Assembly (NCBI GenBank): GCA_046563655.1 | Contig: CM102289.1 | Location: 9,238,001-9,302,000, forward strand | Direction of reading: 5' to 3' | Length of the DNA: 64,000 bases | Source of the DNA: Yuukianura sp. NJ FZ-2021 | Lineage: Eukaryota | The notes under the pieces: model-generated | Told to the model about the DNA's origin: nothing | The model's input: only the letters and a program-made list of their open reading frames with translations | The model's database searches: none | Part shown: positions 13,929-26,100 of the stretch, piece by piece | Layout of the letters: every line of letters starts with the position of its first letter | Numbering within the stretch: position 1 is the stretch's first letter | Program-made: the position numbers and the translations under genes

Positions 13929-14633
13929 GTGTCTTGTTCCAAAGTCCAATGCCATCAGTCACTTAAATGTGAATCTACGGCAAGGCGACCACTGCCATGG
14001 CCAAAGTCAAAAGTTGTTCAATGCGTGACTAGAACTAAGGCTTCTGGCGGAGCCCTTGGATTTGAAGGGACTAAAACTACTTCCTCAGAAGACAAAAGTT
14101 TTTTTAGTCTTGTGAAGTCAAGTATTTTTTGTCTATTGTCTTTTAGTCCCGCACTCACTTCTCAGGAGAATTACCCGGGTGGAGCTTTTCCTACGCCTGA
14201 TTTCACTAGCAACTCCCGCCTTTCGCTTTTTTCTTGCCCGGAAAAGTCCCGGGTGAAAGGAAGGCCAAAAGTTCAGAATCCCCGGTTTTAGATCAAAAGG
14301 ATTTTGGCTTTGACTTTCCCTCCTACTCTTCAACCATTAATCCAATCCTTTCATTTAGACCATTTCCTACTCATTATTGTCCTCAACCGAGGCTTTGACT
14401 TGGATTAACCCTGTGAACCAATGAACCCGTGACAAAAAAAAATGAAAAAAAGTTGACCTTTCATGTTTCACTTTTCAAAAAAAAAAACTGACCGAACATG
14501 CACCAACTACGCACAAAAATGTAAAATTTCGGCCAGAACAGCATCATCAGTACCCTAACTCGGCGAAACTCCTAACTTAAAAATGTGACACAAATTATAG
14601 TAAAAAATGTAGCAGTGTAGAAAAAAAGGAGAA

Positions 14634-14809
14634 TACCGTAAAATTTCTAATAACCCCCCGTGCGTTTTTCCAAAATTTCAACTTTTGCCACCATCCTTTA
14701 CCAATTATATCTAAAGCTCTGTCGGTCTGAGCTCAACCGTTGCGTTGGAAGTCTAAAGAGACCCGGCGCTTATTTTTAGAGATGGGCGATTATCAGAAAC
14801 TTTACGGTA
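14634..14809. mobile_element. MITE, TA-CCGTAAA family (Tc1/mariner-pogo type termini)
   Basis: Inverted termini TACCGTAAAATTTCTAATAA ... TTATCAGAAACTTTACGGTA with TA at both ends. Confidence 0.7.
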
Positions 14810-17109
14810 ACTTAGAAGACTACCATGTACTTTTACTTTACTTTAACAAAATCGACACTTTTTCGTCCCTGTGGGATTTGCGTTAACTAATAATTCAAGA
14901 AGCTCTAATTATTGGATGGAGATGAAAGTGGAGGTTTTTGGGAAAGTTTATTGGCTCCAAGGCTTTCTCTTCTCTCCTTTAATCACAAGCCTTTGAACCG
15001 GAAGAATTAAGCCCATTTACTACACTTATGCAGAAAAGAGAGGGAAATTCAAACGGATACTTCCAGCATCTACCAGCATGTACTGCCAGCACCACTTCAG
15101 CTTTCACCAGCTCACGCAGATTTTCTCACTTTCACTTTCCTAGTCTAATCCTCCAGCACTAAAACCTTCTAATTTCACTCCCTCACTAATACCTAATACC
15201 CTCTAACATGAAACTACTAAAAAACGAAAATTATATCATAAACTTCTACTCTTTTTTAATAAAAACGCACAAAAAATCCATTTTCTCTTGTTCTTTTATA
15301 GCAAAACTTTCTCCTCAATGGCCCACCATAATCTATTGTTTACATGGTAAAAGCTTTTTATGATGTACTTATTCATAACTTACGTTTCTTTCTAATTGTT
15401 AACCTAACAAAAAGCCATCTTTGGTTTAAAAACCTTACACTTTAAGGGTATACTGAGTGAAGTCACCATTGACTTGACCTGTACAGTTTTAGTTTATGTG
15501 AACTTATGTTTTGGGGCCGAAAAATTACTTGAGACGGTTTGTAAAGAAAAGTAAGTAAAAAGTTAGGTTTTCAGTGAAAGTAGAGCAATTGAAAGCGAAT
15601 TTGTTGGAGAAATGGAGGTCAGAAGGTAGCATAAGACAGTTTAGACAGAAATGGGATGACACAGAAGCCGTTTTCGGAGATCTTTTTGTTCCTGGCGGGA
15701 GTAACTACGGAGTGGAATGCTGGCGGGAGTAACTATGTACGTAGAGGAGTGGAGAGAAAGTGTTTGACTTTTCCCTTCTGATCACTGAAACATTTGGAGG
15801 CCACATGGTGGGCACTGAGAGTGTAACCTTCATCCACTGCCTCAGTGCAGGATAAAGACATGATACAAATGGCAGAATTTGAGTTTCCCGGACTCTCAAG
15901 TCAACAATTCCAGACTTCCTGGAGGAAGATGCACCACCATTATGTAAAGTTCCAGCATACTTTCTCTCTCGACTTCAGTTGAGTCAAGAGTCCATGAAAA
16001 TACTACACACAAGACTCAAAGTGACTCCAAACGTTCAGGAATCCCAAGGACATGAGCACGATTTGCAAGATGTTCAAACGCATTCTACACAAAAAAAAAA
16101 CATTGCTTCCTTTTTTTAAAAGTTGCTCAAAGTAACAAAATTCAGCAACAAAAGTCCCAAAAAGTAAACAATTCTGAAAATATTTCTGGTCAAACTCCCA
16201 GTATGCTGAAATCTCTGGAGTTAATCGCCATCAGAGTTAATCGTGTTGACCATTTTGCAGGTGACATTGTTGTAGTTGGCCCAAAATGTCGATGGTCAGG
16301 ATGGCTACACTTTTGTTAGGCGCAGCGGAGGTCCGTGTGCTGAGAACAGCCTTTTCGGAGATTGGATCGGAGGAGTAGCGAGGACTTTCTCTGGCCCTGC
16401 TTTCACCACCACCCGCAGCACACCGAAAAAACCGAATTTCGGAGTTGGAAGGCCCTGCACACATTCTGCTCACCAAAATATTTAGAAAGGCTTTCTCTCA
16501 GTCTCTGGCAACCCACGCATTCATTCACATCATTTTGGATCCACTAACAACCAAACAATTGTTGCCAATCAATTTCAAATCTGTTTGTTCTCACACAAAA
16601 TCAACAAAAGTTTCAAAATCCTTTTCACTTTTTGAACATTTTTTCTGTTTTTTGAACAAACTTTACAAAAGAACGAAATCTTTTCTGCTAAATTCTGAAT
16701 CCAGTAGGCGTCTATGTGCAAGGAAACAATTTCTCTCAAAAGTTCGTTAATTTAGTAATTGTGATTTTCTAATTAACTAAAACTTGATACAATTTTTATG
16801 TTGCAGCGGAGTGTAACAATCAAAGTGAAAGTTTTTGAATTTTGAAACCCATCTTGGAGCGTTTTCGACAAATTTTTTTGAAAAGTGTTTTTTAAAAATG
16901 GAAAAACTAAACTGCCTGGTTTCCTTGGGCTCTACGCAATTTAGCAGTGGAAACAAAGAACAAAAGTGAACTTTCGAAAACAGAAATTTCTCGGTGTTTG
17001 GATTCCACTTAAAAGTGCAAAAGGTTCGAATCAAGAGGAGGGAAAACTTGAAATTGCATTGGATTTTGCCACTTTCCTGGTCTGTTTTTACCAACAAGAT
17101 TCATGAAAT

Positions 17110-20100
17110 ATGAATAAGCAGAGGATTCTACTCTTGTTTTCTCTACTTTCCACTCTCCTGGTAGAGAGGATTGTATCAGGTAAGCCTTTTAGCACAAATT
17201 GATTTTTCTACTTCACTTTCTCCATGACTTTCACAACTTTTTTAGTTGTTTAGAATTTTCAGATTGAGTCTAATAAAGTAAACAGTTTTATTAGACAAGG
17301 AAAACACAATAGAGGAAATTGTTAGAAGAAGAGAAAATACTGCCAGCAACTTTCTCTCTCTTGTTTTTTTAGGCTAGAAAGATTTAGCTTTTTTTCTTTT
17401 CAAAATGAGGAAAAATTCCAGCTTTTCTCTTCTGCTTGATATTTCAAGTGGAGCAGTTTTGAATTTTTTGAAGATTTTTCCAATAAACTGGGTTCATTTA
17501 AAACCTAACATCAAACGCTACAGTTCCTTTTCGAATGTAAAGTTGGTTTTAGTATTTTAAGTTTCTGGACTGTTCATGGATCAACAAAAACAAAAATAAA
17601 ATTTTGATAAAAAAACAACTTTGTAGACGTTTTCACTTTTTGGAACTCTGTTAATGTCAGAAAAACTTTGCTTACTTAAAACTTCTTGTTTTTCAGAATA
17701 AATTACTGAACTCGAAGCTAAATTAATATTTTGATAATCTTGTAATCCTATAAAGATTTAGAAAAAAAGAAGGCAAACTCTTAACTTTTTTCGATTTTTC
17801 AAAAAAGTTGGACGTTTTTTTAAATCCAAGTCGAGCCTACTTTTTTTTCGACTAAAAAAAGTTGCGGTTGACGTCAGCTTTCATTTCCTGTCACCCTACT
17901 TTACTTCCTTTCAGGATTTCTTAACTTCCTTTTACCCCCATAACTCTGTCGCTGACTTCTAAACTTCGAAATTTCAAAAACCGTTTTTAAAAAAAATTAT
18001 GAACAACGGATTTGGCAGGTCACTTCCGATTATTTACACACCAGAAAAAAGTGGAAAATGGTCATTACCACAACCACTTTCCCTGATTAATCGTCGTGCA
18101 TTTCTCATGACTTTGTAATTTGTGAATGATTGCTGAAGTTTTGTGCCACCACCAATGACAATAGCATGTCATTTCTCTTGATCAATTTTCTGTTTGCATT
18201 TGGTGCACAAAAAACTTTGAGGAATGGAAATGAGAAAAGAATAGGCTTAATTTGACCAAAGTGAAAGAAAAGAACTGTGTTTACATAATTTATAAAAGCC
18301 TACTTTCTCTATACAGGTCTAAGACACCACATTCTGCCCAATCCATTAGGTCAAAATTCTAACACGATTCTAAGAAAAATACACCTCCTTTTTTTGAAAT
18401 CAAACTCCACTTATTTTATTTTTGAACTTAATTTACGATTATTAAACTAAACATTTGAAATTCTGCAACAACTGCAAAGAAAATTTGTGAACTAAAACCC
18501 TAAGTTTGAATTTTCTCTAGATTTATTGATTTCCTTAAAAACGTGTTTCACACCTACCATTACATTGCAAAGGTGTGTTCATGTTTTCTTAAAATCGGAA
18601 AACATAAAAGTGAAAGTTTGTTGAGAAAACTTTCGTAAGTGCGCCACTTAATTGGTAGTTTGCTTTCAAAAAATAAATTTTTCGCGCCTAGAATAAATTT
18701 CAGGTTTGGGAATTTGATGTTTTCGCAAGGTATAATTAAAGCATGTTTAAAAAAATTCTTTTTCCTCAACACAGTCAAAAACCTAATCAAATCACACAAA
18801 CTTTCTTTCACTTCAAAAAAAAGTCAAAAAATTCTTGTTTTTTTTCGTTTTATGGTAAAATTTGCAGAGAATCTGCTTTGATAAGGAACCATAAGCAGGA
18901 TAGATAGTAAAATAATGTTTTCAAAATTTGGAACAAATTTTTTTCTTTTTCGCTGACTTATTATGTTTTGTATTGAATTGGAAAATCCGTAAAAGTAAGT
19001 TAAGCTATGGAAGTGACTTGGAACGCGTCTCAGGCACACACACGTTCGTTTTTTCCCATTTTTATTGTGACAGCTTCTCATCGATTATTTGTTCCTGACG
19101 GATCTTGACTTTCTCTTGGGCTCAGACAAAATCTCAAGAAAAAAAGTAACATAAAAGGAAAGTCTACTTTTCCGTTTTCATATTTGTATTGTCCTCTGAG
19201 AAGACTTGGAGGACCATTAAATGTACACAGGGCTATGACTCATGTTCTCAAATTAACTGGAACATAGTCAAGAGGGCCCTTGGTAAGTACCCTTAAAGTG
19301 TCCAAAAAATCTAGACTGGCTGTTGTCCACTTCCTTTCACTTTGTGTGACACTCCCACTCACTTTCACTTCACATTTTAGTACTGTACAAAGTCTCCTAA
19401 ACGCCCAACGATCATCAAAATGATCTGAACGTGCAGAGCATTAGCCAATCCCTCGGTGACTACTGTCCTACTTGGTTCCTGCCATTGCTCCGAACAAATT
19501 GCTACGAAACCAATTGTTCCGAATGGCAAATTGCTCCAAAAATAGTATTAGTTGTTAAACATAACCTAGTAATTCAAAATTAAACCTGCAGTGACCTTGT
19601 AATTGTTAGCTTAATCAAACCTTATCATTTTTAGCCTAGCCAATTTGACGATAGTTCAATTTCGGAGCAAATTTCGGAACAATTCGCCATTCGAGGCAAT
19701 TGGCTTCGAAACAATTCATTCGAAGCAATGGTGTGCTACTGCCCTACTTCAACCATTTCCCGCTCTTTTTAGTATTGGTTGAATTTGAAGCCAAATGTAT
19801 CCTTGGAGGGATAGAAAAAAGAAGCGTTTTAATGAACAAATCTTTTGGTTTGGATTAGAGAGGAGAAAGCAGTGGAAAAAGAGGGTGAAGGTGACAAATT
19901 TACATGCATTAGGAACGGTGGTGGTGGGAACGATTCAGACTCCGAGTCAACTCGAGTGATTTATGGCCGTTTGACGGAAGTGGAGTTCCACTGTACTCGT
20001 TTTTTAGCGGAAAACAGCCTACACAAGCATTTTAAATTTTTTTGGTCCTTGTACCTCGGACACGGCACGTCCTGAAAAATTTAGAATGGAAATGAAACAT

Positions 20101-23100
20101 TACTTTCTCCATGTCTCCAAAACCACCACAATTTGCAAAGTATTTTTCATAAAAGTGAAAAAAAAATGCAAAAAATACACTAAGCAAAGCACTAGTTTGT
20201 TAAGAACCATGTTTTTTTGTATCCGGTCTTTCGTGCATGGTACAATTTAGAAAGACTTTTGGATGTTATTTCAAAATTTTTGAGAAATTTTGAAAGAAAA
20301 TTGAGGTTTCCGGTGGTTTGGAAATTGTTACATTTGGATTCAAATATTTTATGATTTCGTTTGTCATTACTTGGTTATCTAACCACATAGATTCCGCATG
20401 TAACCGGGGGCTCAGAATGTGAAAAATTTCATTATCTTCTTCAAAAATTTATGAAAAAATTTGAGAAAATTGCGGAACTGGAGTGAAGTCGTTTGGGGTT
20501 CAAAATTGGTCTGAACTTTCCATATTGATTTGAGAGGCTTGAGAGAGAGCGGAAATGTAACATGATATTTTAGGAGCGTTTTGGATTCCATGCAGATTGT
20601 GGAGATCGAAGGATAATTTGGGAAAGGAGGCCCAAGGTTTTCCGGTTTCCGTTTCTGCTGGAGCGAGGAGTGGCTCTTCGGCAGAGAAATCGGATGGAGT
20701 AGGGTGCCTGTTCGGCGGAGAAAGCGGAACTCATCTCCCTTTGGCCTAATCGGCCTCATAAACATTCAGATATGGCTTATAGAACGGACAGTTCCTAACT
20801 CTAACCGGGAAATCTAAAATATATATAAGGACATAGGGGAGGTTTAGGTTGGAGGGAGGTGGGTTTCAACCAAAACCAAAAAAAAATGTATGAAAATGGA
20901 GTAACATCTTGAAGGCAAAAAAACGTAGGGATTTTTATACTTTTTTACGGAAAGAGAAAGTTTTGTGAAGAAATATTTTATAAAGTTGAATTTAAAGCGA
21001 GGCAGAATGGTAAATTGGACTTGGGCAAAGGAAAGCTAAACTTTTTTAACAGCCCGTCATGTTATTTTTTGAACATGCAGAACTACTACATCTTAATTCG
21101 AAAAAAAAAACTAACGTAAACCTAGACTAAAAACCTAAAAATTAACTTAAATAATTACTTAATAGCTCATAAAAAAACAGCAAACTCTGCAGAAAAAAAA
21201 AGAAGACAAAAGAAAAAAAAGGGCGAAAAGAAAAACATGAAGTAGGAAGTGCACAAATTAAAAAAAATTAATAGTTATTAACACAAAGTTTTTCACACCA
21301 AAGACTTGTCAGGAAACTCTGAACCAAAAATTATAGAAATTTTTGAAAACAAGTTTTCTGAAAATTTCGAATTTGAAAATACTTTCACCTTAGTAATTTC
21401 GATTTAAGTATCAACTACAAAAGAAAAGCAATTTTGTACAGTTGCAACTCTGTTGAAATTTTTTTTTGCGGAGGAAAGAACAAATGGACTGCCGAGAACT
21501 TTTGATGTGGCAAAGTTCAAAGTTCGATTGAAGAATTTTGGGTGAAAGTGAGTTCAATGAAGAATTTGGACAACTCACTTTCCTCTTCTCTGCTCTTTCT
21601 GAAAGTCCGTTTCATTAGAATTTATTTTGAACTTGCCTCCGAAAAAGTTCTTTGTAAAGGTGGTGATTTCCCTTTGAACGAAGCCTTTTTCAATTGCAAT
21701 TCGTTTTCATCGCCTCCAACACTTTCACCAGAAGAGAATTTTCCCATCACTTCCTCCCTACTTTCTTCTCCGTCATCATTACCTAGCATGCAGCACTTCC
21801 TTAACGATTCAGAAAGCATGAGGACTTAAGGGGCCCTTTAAGGGGCCCTAGGTTTAGTATAGGGCCTAAGTTAAGGGCCCTAACTTTAACATAGGGCCGA
21901 AGTTTCCTGTTGGCCCACATCTTCAGGGTCCACTGCACCTTCTCCTTGTTCGAACTTTCTCCGTGCTCTACTTTCTTTTGTAGATGAAAAGTACTACAAG
22001 ATAAGTTTAGGAATTGGCCTAACAGAGGAGAATGTTGGACACTTAAGATGACTATAAGTTGTACATGAGTTAGAGTAATGTTAAGGGACGCTAAAAGGGG
22101 CCCTTACTATACCACATGAAGTACCCCTTATTCCTACATCTGTCTTTTTATTATCTTTTTTTTCTCTCTCACTCTATACTTTCTCCGCAAATTGCAAAAT
22201 GTACTTTGCTCCGCCACATTTCCTTCTTACACAATCAACTTTCCTTCTCCAACTCAAAACTTTTTTGTACCAAAATTTTTCGTTCACAAAATTGAAAGTA
22301 ATGCGAGCAATTTGAAATTTCACCTTAGATTTCCACTATACAGAAGCTGATGAGGTAAAAAGGCGGCAAATTTGTTTTTCTCTTTAATTTTTTCCAAATG
22401 TTTTGCAGTTTTGAATAAACCGATTTGCCTCAACTTAAAAATTTTTTAAACTTGATTAGATTTTGGAAAAGTAAGGAACTGGATAATTTTTTTAACAAAA
22501 ATATTTCAAATGTGAGACTCAAAATTTCAGTTGAAGAGTTTTCGTGAAATCCTGACTTTGATTTTTTGGAATTGAATTTGATTTTTTAAACTTTGCGGGT
22601 AGGAATTTTTTTTAGTTGGAGAAAGGAAGTGAAAGTCGGAACTTCACAGTTAGTTAGGCTCAGACGAAAAGTTATGAGACGGCGGTAGGAATGAACTTTG
22701 ACCTCTTCCATGTCTTCACAAACCTCTTCTTTCTACTTTTTTTTTGGAGAAAGTTATGCCCACGACTGATTCTTAGGAGGCTGTTAGAGCTGAAATGTCT
22801 TCTTTCTCTGCCTACTTTCTTCCTTTAGAAATAAAGGTAAATCTCTCTTTCAATATTTGGGCAATAACAATGCAAATCTTGAATCATTTGACTCCTTTCA
22901 GAAATGGAGAAAATCCCGCCTCAACTAACATTACATTATTTCTCTCCTCTTCGTGTCACTGAAGGGGAACAACATTTCCCATTTCCTTACTTTTTTCATG
23001 TGCTTTCTCCCTATTTTGGTCTCGTTTTTTCTCGTTTTAGGTGAAATTTTCCTTGGGAAACTGCCATTTTTAGAGATATGCTTTGCTTCCGTTTTTTGGC

Positions 23101-26100
23101 ACTCAGCAAAAACTGGAAAGATGTCACTTTTTTAGTGAAAAAGTTCCAGCAGTGAAGTTTAACCTTACGGATTTCCATCATCTCACTCCCGCCAAAATAC
23201 TTTCTCTGATTTACATAACTAGGATGTTTCATTGTCCTCCAATAGTGTACTTTACAATTTGCTTAATGCACATCAAATTGTGTTGTAAGAACTTTTTTGT
23301 TTCAAAATTTAAAAATTATGATTTTTGAAAAAATTGGAATCTTCTTTAAAAATGTCCAAACGGAAACCAGTCAACCGCGGAGATGAAAGTTGAGATTAGA
23401 GTAACTGCGCGTGTCAATTTTTATGTGTATTTTTTAAAACTGAGCATCTGATTAGAACAGGAAAATTTTAATAATTAGTTAATTAAGTTAATTGCATTTA
23501 AAATTTGATCGCGGTTTGTGCAGCATTTTTCATTTCGGTAATGCAAAAAAATTAGCAAACCTACCAGAATTTTAATTCTCGCTTTTCCTCAACCTTTTTC
23601 AAGTCAAGCAAGTTATGCTAATTTTGAAAAAAATGGAACAACTTGTAAAATATTTGTTTTAGATCCAATTGAAAAACATTTGAAAGTTTAGGCCATAACT
23701 TAACTGGAGAAATTAAAGACCCAAATGCTTACTTTATTGCTTCCGGATGGGCAAAGTGACTATTTAAATCTTTGTTGTTCCAAAATAGAAAGTAGAGGAG
23801 TAAGGAGCAGTTGAGAGAAAGCATGAGTACACTTTTTAGACATTAGAATATAAATTCCCTTGTTTATTTATTTAGAGAGGAAGACTTAAGGGAGTTGTTT
23901 GGTTGCATTAGTTTCTCTCCTAATCCCAGAGAAGAATTCCATCAGGGAAACTTTCTCTTTACTTACATTCTCCCTTCCGTTTTATTACTGGAGAAAGTTA
24001 AAAGGGCATTAGCTCTCTCCCAAGGTTCTGCTCCAAACGGAATCGATTCCTCCAACCCTGTCATCATCATTCTCCCATTACTTTCTTCTCTCCAAATGCG
24101 GTGGCACGCTTTCAATTTTTACTCCAATTTTTACTTTTTCGAAAAAAAAACTCCGTTTTTTACTTTTTTTTTTGGTAGGAGTTACATGTATTCTGGATGG
24201 AGTAACTAAACCGTCTGTCTTAATTTTCAATTTCCAACTTTCTCTTTTCCTCCGTGCTCAAAACTACACCAATTTAAAAAAAAAGTTTCATTTCACCCCA
24301 GACGTTAACTTCATCTAAGTTTCAAAAAAGTTTCATTTCACCCCAATTTAAGTTTCAAAAAATGAAAAACTTTGGTACGGAAGTTATTAGATCAACTCAA
24401 AGGTCAGTGTCCTTTAACTGCTGAAGTTCAAATCAAATTTTGAAAAAAGTTTTTTGAAAAAAAGTTTTTTTCGAAAAAGGAGACAGAGGCATTAGGAACA
24501 GGGTGAAAATCAAACGGAGGAGAAAGTTTAAAGTTAAAATTGACAACAAGAGTATCCGATTACGAAGCAAACCAAATTAAATCCTTCTTTCTTTCTTTTT
24601 TTTTCAAAAAAAGTTAAAAGAAAAAAATTCAATTTAATTTGGAATAGAAGGCTAAGATTAAACCCTTGAATAAGTTCGTTTCCCTTTGGAATTTCTATTT
24701 CACTTTCTTTGAAACTTCCGCTCTTACGCAGTTCTTGCGACACAACAGACAACAGAAACAGAGTTTTAGTCTGTGACAACTTTTATATAAACGAATTAAT
24801 CATTTCAAATCCGCAGCTTCCCGCTCCTTTTTTCAGTTTCTGGTCCCAAAGCTAATAGCGACTTCCAGAAGAATTTAGATGAGAAACAAACGAGTTGACA
24901 AGAAAGTTGAATTTCCAAAACTCTAGTTTTTTTTCTATTTTTTGCATTCCACTAAATAGCACAAGCAAAAACAGTTTTTTTCTATTTAAATGTCTTTTCC
25001 AGACGTTTATTTTCTCATTTTTTAAAGAATTTGTGTTTTGCATAACTTTTTCTCATTTTCTTCATCTCACTCCTGTGGTGAAAGTTAGCTCAAGGCAAAA
25101 AAAACAGCCAAGTTTTTATAAACTTTTGTTAGTTGAAAAGCTATGTCATTTTCATTTTTGTGTTCTCTGGTTTTTTTTTGTGTAAAAAGTACAAATCAAT
25201 TTCATTTTGTTAATGAAAAACAAAAGTACACGGCAGAAACAACAAAATTTAATGAAAGTGGAACAGGACTTTATTTTTACGGACAACGCAACCTCTCTAA
25301 TGTTATTTCTCAATTAAATTTGAGTAGAAGTTAAGCTAATGCAAAAAGAGAGAAAGAAATAGGCGAATTTCAAGGAAAAACTAGATTTCAGTTGGAAATT
25401 GATGAAATGAGGAACATGAGGGAAAGTGGTCGTTAGTTTGGATACTAAAAAATAATGATGTAGAGCGCGCTAAAAGTAAAATTTGCTTTTACTTAACCCA
25501 AATTCATCCAATTACACTAAAATAAGCTTTCTAATTGATACAAACCTTGAGGTAAAGCTTTATGAAGTTTCATTTTTAGAATGCAAAGTAAAAGTTGGCC
25601 TACTTTTAGAAAAGTTGTCAGGATTTCGTTAGTAACGGAATGGAATGGATTCATCCCGCGGGAATTTCAAGTGGAGATCCATTATTTGAATTAGAATGGC
25701 GTGTGGCATTTTTCAAAAAAGTACAAAACGTTGTAAGGTGTGTTTCCACTTATGTTAGTCCACAAAAACATTACAATTTCAAACCAAAACGACTTTCTTC
25801 CACTCGTTTAAAAATTTTGTTTCATCATTCAAAAACCAAATTTTTTAAATTTAATTTAATTTTAAATTTTAAAATTAAATTATTTTAAATCTTTAATGAA
25901 AATTAGTTAACATCGACAAAACTAGTGAGAATCTACATTGGATATTGCATGAGACAGCAGTGGTGAAAGTCCTTTGTCTTCGTCTGTCTTGAGGGCCCTT
26001 AGAATTGCGTAGTGAAGGCCTTTGTAATCTCATTAGACTATTGAATCTTCTTGGGCCCTTCATCTGTCTATTACGCTTCAGCTTCATCAGTCTCAATGAA

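Noticed and set aside
16237..16547. GC-richer block with several overlapping ORFs
   Set aside because: No protein family motif; more likely promoter or 5' UTR sequence of dpr4, but no start site can be supported.
21622..21819. Acidic/Ser-rich minus-strand ORF
   Set aside because: Short, low complexity, no recognisable domain and no supporting splice structure.
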